A stretch of DNA of 64,000 nt from Caecitellus pseudoparvulus (Eukaryota; Protista; Bigyra: Bicosoecida). Where the stretch lies: NCBI GenBank assembly GCA_965644315.1, contig CBFFRQ010000015.1, positions 1-64,000 of the forward strand, written 5' to 3'. The notes under the pieces are model-generated. The model had not been told where the DNA came from. It searched no databases and saw nothing but the letters and a program-made list of their open reading frames with translations. The translations under genes and the position numbers were made by a program. This document shows positions 22,326-34,882 of the stretch, one piece after another. Position 1 is the first letter of the stretch. Each line of letters starts with the position of its first letter.

Positions 22326-24348
22326 TCACAGCTTGGGCCGCTGCGCCGGCTGGAATCGCCTGCCGGCACACAGTTTCTGAAAGGCGGCTTTCTGCGCTGC
22401 TGTCCAAGACTGCGGCATGGCGTACTGCGCCTGGCTGGGCTGCGGATCGAAGTGCCGCGGGCGGGGGGTGGGCAGCTCCCCCTCCTCCGCTCCGCCCAGC
22501 AGAGGCGACGTCTGCAGGGTCCAGCCCTGCAACACAGGTGGCGCCCTGGCCTTGTGGGGCATGGGTGGGGAGGATTGGTGCGTGGTGGGTTGCGCAGGAG
22601 GCGGCGCAGACGAGCCTGGGATTGAGGGAGGGCGGACTCCAAGTGCAGCCTGCGCCACCTCTGGGCCTTCCTCCGAAAGCGGCAAGCTCTCCACACTGCT
22701 CCCATCTTCGGACCCAGGTGACACCCGCCCACTGCGTTGCTCCACCTCCGATTCCTCTGGCGCCTCCTGCAGCACCCACCCACCCACGGGCTGTGATGTA
22801 TCCGAAGACGTCATGAAAAAAGGTGCCTCTGGGGCGGTTTGCGCGGCAGGGGTGCTGCGAGGCACCTGTGCCCTCCTCCGCGGCAACCGCCCCGGCACTG
22901 GCCCCCCATCCACGCTGCGAGCGGCCGGGGACAGCGATGTCTGCCCCGGCAGTGGTGACGTCGCCCGCGCCAGGCGACCGCGTGCCTCCCGCAGAGACGC
23001 CTGCAGGGATCGCACCTTGGCTTCCGACGCAGCACGCGCCTCTTGCTCCTCCAGCAGAGCCAGGCGCAGGCGCATGCCCACCTCGTCATCCGTCTCCGCG
23101 ACCCCAGTGGCGTCGCCGCCCTCCCACTGCCCATCGTCCGCACCCTCTGATGAGCTGGCAAGGCTGCCTTGGCTGCCTGCGGAGACGAGAGATGGGGACC
23201 CACCAGCGCCGCTGCGCCTGCTGCTCTGCATGGCATGCATGTCCTTGCGCAGAGACGCCGTGGTCGCAGACAGCTGCCGGTGCTCCGAGAGCAGCAGGTC
23301 AGCCCGCACCAGCACCTCCCCCAGCCTTTCCTGCGTCGCATCACTGTGTGCCTTGGCCTCCTTTGCAGCACGTTCCGCCACCGCGACCTGCCGCTGCAGC
23401 CGCTGGATCGTGGCGCGGGCACGAGACAGGCTGGCAGTCTGTGCTCGGTACTTTGCTCGCAGAGACTGCAGCCCCTTCAGCTGGCTGGTCGCAGCCGTCA
23501 ACTGGGCTCGCACGGCGCTCAGGCGCGTCTTGAGGTTTGTGTGGGCATCTTCATCCGCCTTCTGCGACGCCTCCAGTTCCTGTGTCGCCGCCCTGGCCTT
23601 GGCTGCAGCCTGCCGCGCCCCCGCCAGCTCCTTCCGCAAGCGCCGGAATTCGGTGAGTTTATCCGCAGCTGAACTGCGCAGGCGCTGCACCTCCTCGTCC
23701 CTGGCCGCCAACTGAGACGTCAGCACGTCCACCTTGGCCTGCAGCTCATCCACTTGGTCGGCCAGCGCTGTGCTGGATGCCTTGGGCCGGGCGCCGTGGT
23801 GCGTGGCGGGCCGTGGTGGCGCAGCGCTGGGGCCATGCGCTGCCCCTCCGAGAGGCCCCCCCATATCCAGCAGGCTCCAGGCGCTGGAGGTGGACGCGCC
23901 TCCCTCCGTCCCTCGCGTCGGTGCCAGCTGCGGCGAGGCGCTTGACCCTGCTGGGGAGGAGACTGCAGGCGCACCACGAGCAGCAGCAGAGGTGCTTGCG
24001 TGTGCACGCTGGGCACGAGGAACTGCATGAGGATTGGGAGTCCCGTGGTCAGTTCCCCCAGAGTTGCTCTCTGTTCAGTGCAGGGAGGGGGGATTTGCCT
24101 GGCGCAGAGCGTCGCGGCGACCAGCGCCAGACTCACGAGACAGCGCTGCCTCAGCGGCGAGGCGCAGGGAATGCTCGCGTTGCAGGCTTTCCAGCACCAA
24201 GTTCAGCTGTTCTGTCAGGATCTGTGCACGTGGGTTCGCTGCCCAGTGCTTTGCCTGGCGGCAGGGCGCCTCGCCAGACATGGCGAGGTCTCACCTGCAG
24301 CTTCTCTTCATGGCTCAGTGTCGTCAATTCCTCTCGAGTAAGGGCCAT
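22326..24348 (-). CDS. Coiled-coil protein of unknown function, 3 exons
   Basis: MALTREELTTLSHEEKLQ, intron ~24222-24294, ILTEQLNLVLES..., intron ~24023-24136, then in frame with ORF 22326-23864, which has long heptad-rich segments. Confidence 0.7.
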
Positions 24349-24646
24349 GGTGAGCGGCCGAGTGTGTCAGGCCGCAGTGAGGCGCCTTCGTCTCCTGCAC
24401 TTGTGGCAGCGATGCCCCGCCGCCCTCAGTCACAGCGGGTGCCAGCAGCACGGCCCACGAAGTCAGGCTGCCTGATGCCCGGGCAAGTCACTCTCCAAAC
24501 AACGGACAAAACAACGAGCCCAACCGCGGCACCGGGAGAAGCGTGGTGTATGTGAATTGATACATTGCTGGTGTTCGCTCTGCTTCAACCCCCCTCTCTT
24601 CCACCGCCTCAGTCGCGGGAAGGGCAAGCTTCGCCCGGTTCTCGGC

Positions 24647-27600
24647 ATGAGCAGCAGCACACAGGACCCAGACGAGGCGGTGCAGGCCGTCTGGGCCGCT
24701 CGCAAGGCGACCTCCACGGAGTCCACGGGGCGATCCAGCACACCTGAGCCTGAGGGCGCCTCCTCGTCAGGCAGGGCGGCGGCACACCGCTCGGCTGGAC
24801 TCATTGGCGATGGCTTCGCACAGGTGAGCCACGGGGCCACCTCCACTGCCCTCCCGCAGACTGCACATGCTCTCCCCGTGCTCCAAGCAGACATGCACGC
24901 ACACTCCAGATTATGGTGGTCTGGACAGCTCCCACTGGCGCGGTGTGGAGTTCCAGCCACCCTCTCTGGCAGCAGCCAAAGATGCTGCGGAGAGCAGCAT
25001 GCTCCTCGGCGGCCAGGTGCGCCTCCCTGCCGCCCCCTGTGAGGGCAAGCACCCTGCAACTGGGTGCCCTTCCTTTCCACAGGGACGGCCTTGGAGGCTG
25101 AGAATGGAAGACTTTGCTGCGTTCGGCATTGGTGCGTAGCGCCCCGTGCATCGTGCCCTGTGCCGTGGCCAAGAAACGCCGTCGCGTGTAACTGATTGCG
25201 CAGGCGCTGCTCTCCACTTCCGCTTCCTGCGCCTCTTGACCATCTACTTCTGCGTCTCGACGTGCTTGAGTGCACCTGCCATTGCCTTGTTCTCAGCTGG
25301 GTCCAGGTTCACGTCAGATGAAGTGGACAGCCTACAGCTGGTGACGACCATGCTGGGAAACCTTGGCCCCGACCCGCGGAGCCAAGTCAACGCCTCAGCC
25401 ACACAGGCTGCGCAGGAGAGCTACTCCGTTTCGCCTGCAGGACTGGGAGGTGCCTGGACCTGGTCCCAGGCGCTGCAAGGCGCAGCCTACCTGGACTTCA
25501 TGTACAGCGCGCTGCTGCTCCTGTGCATCGGGCTGTGGTGGCACTCCGTGTCCACTGCCGAGGCCAGGCAAGCAGCGAGCCAGCGCCTCCCCCGATCCTC
25601 CGACTATGCCGTGTGGGTGCACGGCCTGCCCGAGGACGCGACAGAGGAGCAGGTCCGCGCGCACTTCGACCGCCTGTACAACCTGCGCAAGCCCGACTGG
25701 ACACACCATTCCTCCTGCTCACGCTGCTGGTGCTATCACAAACCGACACGCCGCAGGCAGTTCCTGGAGGAAGGCGAAGCTGGTGCTGAGCTTGCGCGGT
25801 GGCAGAGTTTCTTCCCCGAGGGGCCGCCTTCCATTCCCCGCTGGGCGCTGTGTGAGCCGTGTGCGGGCAGCTGTGCCGCTTGCCGACGCGACGCGGTTGT
25901 GGGCGATCCGGAAGGCCCGCCAGCTGATTGGAAGGACTGGTACACACACCCTGTGCGAAATGCGTCCAACACGAGCGATGACGGGTACCTGCAGTCGTGG
26001 GTCGCGGAAGTGGCGATGGCCACAGCTAACGCTGACCGTATTGCGGCCTTTCGACGCGTGGAGCAGTGCAGGCAGCAGCTTCTCCGCTGCAGGGCCGCCA
26101 TCCGGGCGTACGAGCGTCCGTCCTGGCTTCAAAGCACACAGTCCACATGTGCCTGCACGGACGGCGGCGTGGACGCCTCCTGTGCTGCGGGCACAGGGAG
26201 GTGCTGCTTCGTTTTTGTCGGCCCACAAACAAACCGCTTGCGCCAGGCTGAGCAGCGCCTGCAAGCCATCCAGCGCACGCTCCAGCGGTTAGATAAGACG
26301 GGCGGTGCCGCTCTGTCCATGCGTGTCGCCGGGGCGTTCGTGACATTCAACAACGAAGAGAGCTGGCGCAGGTGTGTTGCTGACTACCGCAGCACGCACC
26401 GCTGGCACGCCACGCTGCCCCTGTGTGGCATGAACTCTGCCTGCCAACCAGCGCCCCTGCGCTTCAAGGGCATCCACCCCTTGTCAGTTGAGCCAGCGCC
26501 TGAACCCAGTGACGTCATCTGGGAGAACTTGCAAGTGCCAGCTTGGCAGCGCAGCCTGCGGGTGCTGGTCACGTCGCTGTGCATGTTGCTGTTCCTGGCG
26601 GCATCCCTGGCTGCCATCGTTGCCGCACAGCGCCAGCAAGAGGAGTTCAACACAGTCCTGCCCCTTCCCAGCGTTTGCTCCGTGCAGGCCCCCAGCATTG
26701 TGTACGGGGCCAACTCCGTCCCCGCGGCAACGTCGCTGCAACGCCAGCGGGCCCTGGATGCCCAGTGCCGCATCACCAGTGGGAGGGACGACGTCCTCTT
26801 CCTGTGGTGGGGAGGTGCCAACGCACTGCCTGTGCCAGCTGACCTCACCGCGCCCCTCGCGAATGTTACTGACGTCGCGGGGCGCGTGGTGCGCCAAGTT
26901 CCCAACGCCTGCGCCACCCCATGCATTCCCAGCAGCGTGCAAGCCAGCGAGCCCTGTGTCGTCCCAGCTGGCGTTGTGGACGATACACTTGCCACGCCAA
27001 CGTTCCCTGTGCACTCCCTGCTTGGCTGCTTCTGCCTGCAGGTGCTGCAAGACAAAACCCAAGAACGCGGGGCCTTTACTGGAGCCTATGAAGTGCTGGA
27101 CGAGTTCCCGTCCTGTGCAGAGCTCGCAACCGCATTCGCAGCGTCCCAGGGCTTGGTAGTCTTTGCTGCTTTGGGAGTGACTCTGACCAACGCACTCCTG
27201 CACACAGTGCTGTCGGGAGTCACTCGCTTCGAACGGCACAACACACACTCCGCGACACAGCACGCCGTTGCACGCAAGCTTTTCTTGGCGCTTTTCCTGA
27301 ACACTGGCTTGATTGTGCTGCTGGTAAACGCCAAGGTTCCCGGCCTCGCATCCGCTGGTCTTGGCTTGTTCAGTGGCAGGCTTACCTCCTTCTCACCGGG
27401 CTGGTTCCCCACGGCTGGCCTGGCAGTGGCCTTGACCATGCTCATCAACATCCTCGCACCGCATGTAGGGCCACTTGCCCGCATTGCTGCCAGGCCCTGC
27501 TGGCGCCGGTGCTGCATTGCCAGCCGCAGACTGCAGCAGCACCTGAACGAGCTGTACCAGCCCCCCGCCTTCCAAGTCGAGTCACGCGTGGCCCACGTCC

Positions 27601-28733
27601 TCAACACTGTCGTTGTCACCCTCCTGTACTCCTCCGGCATTCCGATCCTGCTGCCGTTCGCTGCAATCGCTCTCACGCTGCACTGTGCTATGGATGTCGC
27701 TCATGTTTTGTGGGTGGTTGGCAAGCCTGCTCCCATGGACACCACCATGGCACGGTTTGCTCTGCGGATCTTGCCAGTGGCACTTGTCTTGCACTGCGCT
27801 TTCGGCGTGTGGTTCTACAGCGACCCAGACACTGCGCCAACCATGACCCTTGTCGGGCAAGGTGACTCACCCAGCGACCCGGTGCCGGGCTGGGTGCAGT
27901 CGCTGGTAGATGCAGATGTATCTGTGGCTGGAGTGGCCCTGGCTGAGCGCCTGCTGCTGAAGAGCACCTTTCCTCTCGTCGCACTCCTGCTGGTCACGCT
28001 GCTGGGCACACTGCTCGCCTCGACATGTGGTCCTGTTCTGAGCACCGCCTCCACCGCCGCTTGCTCTGTCCTCACTGGCGGCCGCTGCTGCAAGCCTGAT
28101 GCACATGTAGCTGAGCGCATGCTGCCCCCCTTCACTGGAACGTACTCGGAGAAGCTGCCGCCTGGCGTGCCCACCACCCTGCCTGCTGCCGAAACCGCTG
28201 CCGGCTGGCGCGTCATCCTTGACAACCGGCGGGGTACGGGGGCTGAGCAGAAGGTGAAACAGGCCACATCCAGCGACGCACCAGCCCTGCGCGGCAGCCG
28301 CTACAAGCTCACGTGGCAGGTCATCGCCGAGCAGGCAGTGCCCTCGTACGTGCCAGCCGCAGCGCCAGCCTACGCCGCCGTCGTGGCAGCAGCTGCACAC
28401 GGCGTGCGCCTGGACCCAGTGGCAACAGCGTCCCTTCCTCGGCCAGCGAGCTGGAGTCCTCGCAAGCCCAGTCACAGCGCTGTGGCGCCGGAGCCGCCCA
28501 GCAGCGACGGCAACCCAAGGCGCGTGCCTTCCTCGCCACGCATGTCCCCACGACCATACAAGCGCCCGCCAGTGAAGGACTACACTGGCGGAGTTGTGGC
28601 TCGTGCCAAACGCAGTCGTGCAAAGCCCCCGCCTCGCGAGGCATGGACCATGGTGGCACCGTCGGCCGCCGGCCAGAGCGCCAGTCTGATTTCGCACCGG
28701 CTTGGCACGGCGCTGCCTGAGGCGGACCAGTGA
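24647..28733 (+). CDS. OSCA/TMEM63 (CSC1-like) channel, copy 1; 5' exons approximate
   Basis: FGIG|AALHFRFL, SDYAVWVHGLP, AFVTFNNEES, VEPAPEPSDVIWENL, KLFLALFLNTG, LLYSSGIPILLP, and multiple transmembrane segments. Confidence 0.85.
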
Positions 28734-28995
28734 CCTGCGCTCCCAAAAATGCGGGAAGCGACGAAAGATTCAACAGTTTTATGACCCAATGTAGTGTTTC
28801 TCCTCCCCTCGCACTGTCCAGGAGCATCGAAGAGCGCACAGCTCTCTGCACTTTGCGCAGTTGCTGCCTCACCGCTGTCGCAGCCGACCTGCACGAGGCA
28901 CACCTTGGCGGCCTGAACAGCACCTGCAGCCACGACGCCCGCAGCTGGCAGTGCGCGCGGTCGCCACCTGAGGGGTTTCACTGGTGCAGCTAGCC

Positions 28996-31900
28996 ATGAG
29001 CTCCACCCCCTCTTCTGCGGGGCACTCCACGCCCATGGGAGCGGCCCAAGTGCGTTTCGCGCAGTGTAACGCGGTGTGCCACGCCGCCATCACCCGCCGT
29101 GCCCCGCCGCAGCTCATTGACGAGCGGAAGGAGTATGGAGGAGGCATGCACTTGCACGACTGGGAGAAGAGGGCATACATCCCGCCCAGTGTCGAAAAAG
29201 CCCAGCGCGCACACCGTCGATCGTTGTTTGCCCGGGGAAAGGTGAGCACCACCCAATCACCTGCACCGCAGCCCACCGCAAGGTCCTCACCAAGTGCTCT
29301 CCATGACGCCCGTAGAAACGATGCTGGCAATTATCAGTTGAGGATCTGGATGATGCTGGCGTCGGTGCGTTCGGCCCGCTGTGGCGTGCTCTGCCAGTCT
29401 CAGCAACGCAAACCTGCTGCCTGCCACCCACCCCACAGGCATTGCCCTGTACTTTCGCCTGGTGCTGTACCTGTCGGTCTATTTCCTTGCTGCCAGTTTA
29501 GTTGCCATCCCGATATTTGCGCTGAACTACGGAGGGTGAGTGCTGTGGCGGGAGGTGCGCAGAAGCACGGTAGGGTGGCACACGAGCTTCCACGCGTCGC
29601 ACAGAAGCCGATTCGAAGGGGAGGAGCTAGATGGCACTGGTCTGTCCCTCCTGACTCTGGGCAACCTGGGCATTGCCAATGTCACGCTGGGCACTTCCGA
29701 AGGCCCGAATGGCACGGCAAGTGCCGTGGTGCAGGAGAGCGAGGTGACTGGCTTCGGCTGGTCGTTCTCCGTGGCACAGGCGGCCAACATCATCACCCTC
29801 ACAGACCTCGCTTATTCTTTGGTGCGTCCAGCTTACGGCATCAGCTTGTACAAGGCCAGCCCACCCGCACCGCTCGCTCCCGCGCCACGCAGCTCTTCCT
29901 CGCCTTCATGCTGTGGTGGCTCTGGCGCATGCACGACATTGACAGGAAGCTGACTGACGGCGACGTCAACATGTCCGACTACTCGGTGCACGTCATGGGG
30001 CTACCTGAAGATGCGACAGAGCAGCAGGTCCGCGCGCACTTCGACCGCCTGTACAACCTGCGCAAGCCTGACTGGGTGTACGAGTCCAGCTGTGCGGAGT
30101 GCTTCTGCAACCGCAAGATCATGATGCGGCGGCAGTTCAAGGGCCCGAAACTCGCAAGCACCCTGTTCAAGGAATGGGTTCGTGCCCGTTCCCGGGTTCC
30201 GCGCCGTGGGGGGGGCTGCTGTGGCGCGGAGGCCGCCCTGGAAGACATCCGCAGCGACGCCAGCGCGCCAGTGTCCTGGCAAGACTGGGCGACATGTCCA
30301 GTGCTGAACGCCGCAAACACGGGGCAGCAAGAGTACCTGCGCAGTTGGGTTGCAGAGGTCACCCTGGTTCATCCCAACGGTGGGCTCTTGCGTCGCTACA
30401 AAGCCTTGCAGAAGCTGCGAGATCGACAGATGCAAGCCAGAGCTGCCGTCAAAGTGTACAGCAACCCAAAATGGATCCCTGGCGCCACAGGTGGTCTTTG
30501 TTGTGGCGCTGTGGAAGTGCATGTGGATAGGTCGTGTGCGGGTGGACCGCTGCAGCTGTGCTACATTCGGTCTGGGCCACGGGAAGCACGGCTTGCGGCT
30601 ACTCGGCAGCGCTTGGCAGCCATTGAGAGCCGCCTGCACAAGCTCGACCTAAAGCACGCCCGCAGCATCAACAGTAGTGTCATCGGCGCCTTCGTTGTGT
30701 TCAACAATGAGGAGAGCTGGCGAAGGTGCTTGTATGACTACCAGGTCTCCCAGCGGTGGTACTTCCCGGTCGTCGCAGCTTGCCGCTGCCACAGGACATG
30801 CCAGGCACCTCCACTTTGGTTCGAGAACAAGCACCCGCTCATTGTCCATCGAGCGCCAGCTCCGACTGATGTTATCTGGGAGAACCTCGAGGTTCCTGGC
30901 TGGGAGCGCGCGCTGCGCATCAGCTTGGCCAACTTGTGCATGCTGCTGTTCCTCGCTGCTTCCCTCGTCGGCATTGTACTCGCCCAGCAACAGCAAGAGG
31001 CGTTCAGAGGAACGCTGCCCTCTCAGGAGGTCTGCACCGTGCAAGCCCCCACAGTCGCGTGGGGCGTGAACCCAGCCCCATTGTCTGAGATCTTCCAAGT
31101 CCGGGGCACTGCCGAGCAGGACGCGGCGTGCTCGGCGCAGTTCGGAGGGGACCATATTTTTCTGTGGTGGGGCGGGGCATCCGCTCCGCCAACGCCCTCA
31201 GCACCCTTCCCTGCACCCCCCACCGTCAACATCACTGATGCTGACGGCAGCGTATTGAACACAGTGACAAACACCTGTTCAGGGCCCTGTTTACCAGCTG
31301 ACATTTCAAACACGTCCCCTTGTGTCGTCCCCAAGGTGCTGGGCGCAGAACCCTCCGCGTCGCAGACGTTCCCTGTGCGGGCTGTCATCGGCTGCTACTG
31401 CTTGCAGCGCATGCGATCCCTGCTCATGTCCGAAGACACCTCCTGGTCCGACTTCAGGACTGCTGTGGAGCAGGAAGCCACTTGCCAGGAGCTTGCCTCG
31501 TCATTTGTGCTCGCCCAAGTCCTCATCTTCGTCGCCGCAGCCGGCGTCGTGCTCATCAACACCTCTCTCAAGTCTGTGCTGTGGAGGGCCACAAAACAGG
31601 AGCTGCACACTTCCGTGGCTGCGCTCAAGTCCGCTGTCGCGAGCAAGCTCTTCCTTGCCCTGTTCCTGAACACAGGCCTCATCGTGCTGCTGGTCCACGC
31701 ACGCATTCCTGGTGCAGAGAGCCTTCCTCTGGGTGTCTTGCGTGGTGCCTACTCCTCCTTCTCGCCAGGGTGGTATTCGACAGCTGGAGCTGCAGTCACG
31801 CTGACCATGATCATCAACATCGCTGCGCCCCATGCCCTGCCCTTGGGCAAGTATTGCTGTGTGTACCCCTGCAAGCGCCGCTGCTGCTCCAAGTCGGCCA

Positions 31901-33318
31901 TTCTGCAGCGCGAGCTGAACGACTTCTACAAGGCCCCGGAGTTTGAAGTGGAGTCTCGCGTGCCACACGTCATGAACACTGTCGTAGTCACCCTCCTGTA
32001 CTCGTCCGGCATCCCCTTGCTCTTGCCTGTCGCTGCGGTTTCGCTGCTGACGACCTACCTCGTGGACGTGTTCCTGCTCTCAACGTTTTACGCACAGCCG
32101 CCTCCCCTGAACGCCTCCATGGCACAGCTTGCATTCAACATCATGCCCTTTGCACTCATGGCGCACAGCGCCTTTGCCATTTGGTTCTACGGCGACGATG
32201 CAACTGTGGAATCCGACCCAGTCCTGCTCGGTGACGCGGGCGGCGTGGGGGTGCAGGACAGGTATCAGGCTGCTGTTGCCTCGGTTGAGCACTTGGACCC
32301 CATTGGTCTGGCGCCGAAAGTGCTGCGGCAGAACGTCTTTCCCATGTTCGTGCTGTTCTTGTCCCTGGCAGGTGGGCTGCTGCTCTTTGTCGTCGTGCGA
32401 GCCGTCGCGTCGGCTCTCCTGGCGCGCTTCGTGTTCATCCTCACCTGCGGCGCGTGCTGCACGGGCATTCGTGAGGTGAACGCGAAGTTGAACCCGCCCT
32501 TCACGCAGACATACGAGCACCGTCTGCCCTTGAACACCAAGTACACCCTGACGCCCGAACAGTCTGCGAAGGGCTTCTGCCTCATCAAGGACGTGCCACG
32601 CCACAAAACTGCCATCTCCCGTGTGCGCAAGTACAGCGCCAAGACCCCCATCAGCGAGCGCTGCTCAAAGGACCGGCTGCTGATGTTGACGTGGGAGGTG
32701 ATCAAGGCACGCACCGGGCTTGCATCCTATGCCATGACGGCCAACCCAAAGTATGCGCAGGCTGTGCTCGCACTGCAGGAAGGTGCCGTCAAGGCGGAAG
32801 CCAGCCAGGCACGGGCTGCTCTGCGGAGCTTGGCTGCCGTCATGGGTGGCGCACACCCCCAGCCGTTCCGCATGTCTGCCGGGCGGCGGGCCGCTTACTC
32901 CCTGCACTCGGACTCCACACAGCAAAGCAGCCCATCCAGAGGCAAGGGTGCCGCCAAGCGCCCCTCTCTCACGACCCTGGCCCTGGATGACTCCGACACG
33001 CCAGCCGACGCAGGCACAGCCCTGGACAGCAAGTTGTCTGCCGGCAGGAACCCCAGCGGTCTTGCCTCTGCCGGCGGCGCCGTCGTCAGCCCAGGGGACT
33101 TGCTCACCCCTGGCAGTGCCAGAGGCGCCATGGCCCTCGCCTTCCACATCGATGACTCTGTTGCGGCGCTGCATGACACGCTCTCGCAGCACAATCCGAG
33201 GGGAGGAGCGAGTGGAGGGGAGGCGGGCACTGGGCAGGCCAACGAGGTCGCCCATGCAGACGACGGGGACGAGACGTGGACAGCGCCAGAGGATCAACTT
33301 CACGACCTGCCCTTGTGA
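28996..33318 (+). CDS. OSCA/TMEM63 (CSC1-like) channel, copy 2 (tandem paralog); several short 5' introns
   Basis: SDYSVHVMGLP, AFVVFNNEES, RAPAPTDVIWENL, KLFLALFLNTG and LLYSSGIPLLLP. The N-terminal exons lie in other frames (DAGVG|IALYFRL; LLTLGNLG), matching copy 1. Confidence 0.88.
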   Translation: MSSTPSSAGHSTPMGAAQVRFAQCNAVCHAAITRRAPPQLIDERKEYGGGMHLHDWEKRAYIPPSVEKAQRAHRRSLFARGKVSTTQSPAPQPTARSSPSALHDARRNDAGNYQLRIWMMLASVRSARCGVLCQSQQRKPAACHPPHRHCPVLSPGAVPVGLFPCCQFSCHPDICAELRRVSAVAGGAQKHGRVAHELPRVAQKPIRRGGARWHWSVPPDSGQPGHCQCHAGHFRRPEWHGKCRGAGERGDWLRLVVLRGTGGQHHHPHRPRLFFGASSLRHQLVQGQPTRTARSRATQLFLAFMLWWLWRMHDIDRKLTDGDVNMSDYSVHVMGLPEDATEQQVRAHFDRLYNLRKPDWVYESSCAECFCNRKIMMRRQFKGPKLASTLFKEWVRARSRVPRRGGGCCGAEAALEDIRSDASAPVSWQDWATCPVLNAANTGQQEYLRSWVAEVTLVHPNGGLLRRYKALQKLRDRQMQARAAVKVYSNPKWIPGATGGLCCGAVEVHVDRSCAGGPLQLCYIRSGPREARLAATRQRLAAIESRLHKLDLKHARSINSSVIGAFVVFNNEESWRRCLYDYQVSQRWYFPVVAACRCHRTCQAPPLWFENKHPLIVHRAPAPTDVIWENLEVPGWERALRISLANLCMLLFLAASLVGIVLAQQQQEAFRGTLPSQEVCTVQAPTVAWGVNPAPLSEIFQVRGTAEQDAACSAQFGGDHIFLWWGGASAPPTPSAPFPAPPTVNITDADGSVLNTVTNTCSGPCLPADISNTSPCVVPKVLGAEPSASQTFPVRAVIGCYCLQRMRSLLMSEDTSWSDFRTAVEQEATCQELASSFVLAQVLIFVAAAGVVLINTSLKSVLWRATKQELHTSVAALKSAVASKLFLALFLNTGLIVLLVHARIPGAESLPLGVLRGAYSSFSPGWYSTAGAAVTLTMIINIAAPHALPLGKYCCVYPCKRRCCSKSAILQRELNDFYKAPEFEVESRVPHVMNTVVVTLLYSSGIPLLLPVAAVSLLTTYLVDVFLLSTFYAQPPPLNASMAQLAFNIMPFALMAHSAFAIWFYGDDATVESDPVLLGDAGGVGVQDRYQAAVASVEHLDPIGLAPKVLRQNVFPMFVLFLSLAGGLLLFVVVRAVASALLARFVFILTCGACCTGIREVNAKLNPPFTQTYEHRLPLNTKYTLTPEQSAKGFCLIKDVPRHKTAISRVRKYSAKTPISERCSKDRLLMLTWEVIKARTGLASYAMTANPKYAQAVLALQEGAVKAEASQARAALRSLAAVMGGAHPQPFRMSAGRRAAYSLHSDSTQQSSPSRGKGAAKRPSLTTLALDDSDTPADAGTALDSKLSAGRNPSGLASAGGAVVSPGDLLTPGSARGAMALAFHIDDSVAALHDTLSQHNPRGGASGGEAGTGQANEVAHADDGDETWTAPEDQLHDLPL

Positions 33319-33659
33319 TGCAGGCTGTGCAGCCGGGGAACGCTTGGCGTCAGCCTTCTCCACGCTGAGCAGTATAATGCATGTTTGTCGCGAAGCTGAA
33401 GGGGAGGGGGGCTCCCACGTGCTCCAGCCGCGCACAATGAGCACAACTGTTTGGCACGCCGGGCGCTATGGTACTGGTGAAGGTACTGATCCAGCGTGTC
33501 GCTTGGCTCAGGCTCCTCCAGGCAGCACCGCGCCAGTCCCTTCCCACGTGACTGCTGGCAGCACCTGCTCCCCACACCGGCACCGTGTGAACTCAGAGCT
33601 GTCCAGGAGGGCATTGGCAGGGTTGTTGTTGGATTCTCAAGACCTTCCTTTCCTTCACC

Positions 33660-34795
33660 ATGGCTGAGCGCAAGGTACGGCCTGTCAAGCTGCGAGTGTG
33701 TGCGAACCACGCCCCGCACACTTGCCCTGCTTCCCGTGCAGCCCATGAACAAGTACTATGCCCCAGGTACGAGGCTACGCCTCGCCCTTTATCGTAGGAT
33801 AGAAGTTCACTTGTTTCGTGCCGCTTGGCGCAGACTTTGACTTCAGCAAGGTGCCGAAGGGCACCGGGAAGAAGGATGGCACGTTTCACGTGCGTTACAT
33901 GCTGCCGTACAAGGTCCAGTGCCTGAACTGTGGCGAGATCATGGGCGCTGGGAAGAAGTTCAACAGCCGCATTGAGACAGTGACTGATCGTGACTATCTG
34001 GGAGTCCGCATCTTCCGCATCTACTTCAAGTGTGCTTGGTGCTCCCGAGAGTTCACGCTGGTCACGAACCCGGACACAGCCGACTACGACGTGGAGAAGG
34101 GCGTGAAGCGCATGTACAACTACTCCGCAGAACTCGCTGCAGAGGAGCGTAGAGCTGCTCGGGCGGCAGAGGAGGCTGAGGAAGAAGGCGGCACCTCTGT
34201 GGACGCCATGCGCGCTCTGGACGCTCGCACGGAGGAGGTGCGGGGGCAGGTGGAGACTATGGATGCCCTGGAGGAACTGCAGGCGGTGAAAGCCACCCAC
34301 GCCGCCCTGCGCCCCGATGAAGTCATCGCAAATATTATCGCTGCAGCAGCCGCGCAGGACGCGTCAGTTGCCGAAGACGACGACGCGGCAGCCGAGGAGG
34401 AGTTCCGGCAGGCCCAGAAACGCCGCGCGGTGCAGGGGCAGCAGGGGTCAGTGCAGCGCCTCGTGGTGTTCTCTGACGCTACATCGGAGGTTGCAGCAGC
34501 CACACCGGCCAGTGCAGCATCTGCTGCGACTGCTGCGCCCAAGCCCGAGCCACAGAAGGCTCCGAACGCCACAGGTGCTCCAATCCTCGCCGCACGCAAG
34601 CCTCGCTTTGTGGTGCGACGGAAAGGCGCCCAGGCCCAGCCTGCAGTATCTGCGGGGGGTGCGAAACGCTCCAGAGCCGAAACCCCAGCACCACCGCCGG
34701 AACCAGCAGCAAAGCCTGCGCCCAGCCCTGCGCCTGCCCTTGGCGGCCTGGTGGCGTACTCCTCCTCCGATTCGGACGGAGGGGGTGATGCGTAG
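33660..34795 (+). CDS. YJU2: Splicing factor YJU2/CCDC94 (Cwc16 family)
   Basis: MAERK|PMNKYYAP|DFDFSKVP is rebuilt with introns 33675-33741 and 33767-33833. It continues VRYMLPYKVQCLNCGEIMGAGKKFNSR...YLGVRIFRIYFKCAWC...TNPDTADY, a zinc-binding domain. Confidence 0.92.
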
Positions 34796-34882
34796 TGGCC
34801 TGTCTTCGCCCACCCCCAGGTGGGCCCACCTGCAGTGCCCGTGATATCTGGTGTGCTGACTGCATGCATTCGCCTTGGCAGC

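Noticed and set aside
28984-29890. N-terminal ~300 aa of the 1444-aa ORF as real protein
   Set aside because: It reads through stop-free introns. The segments homologous to OSCA copy 1 lie in other frames.
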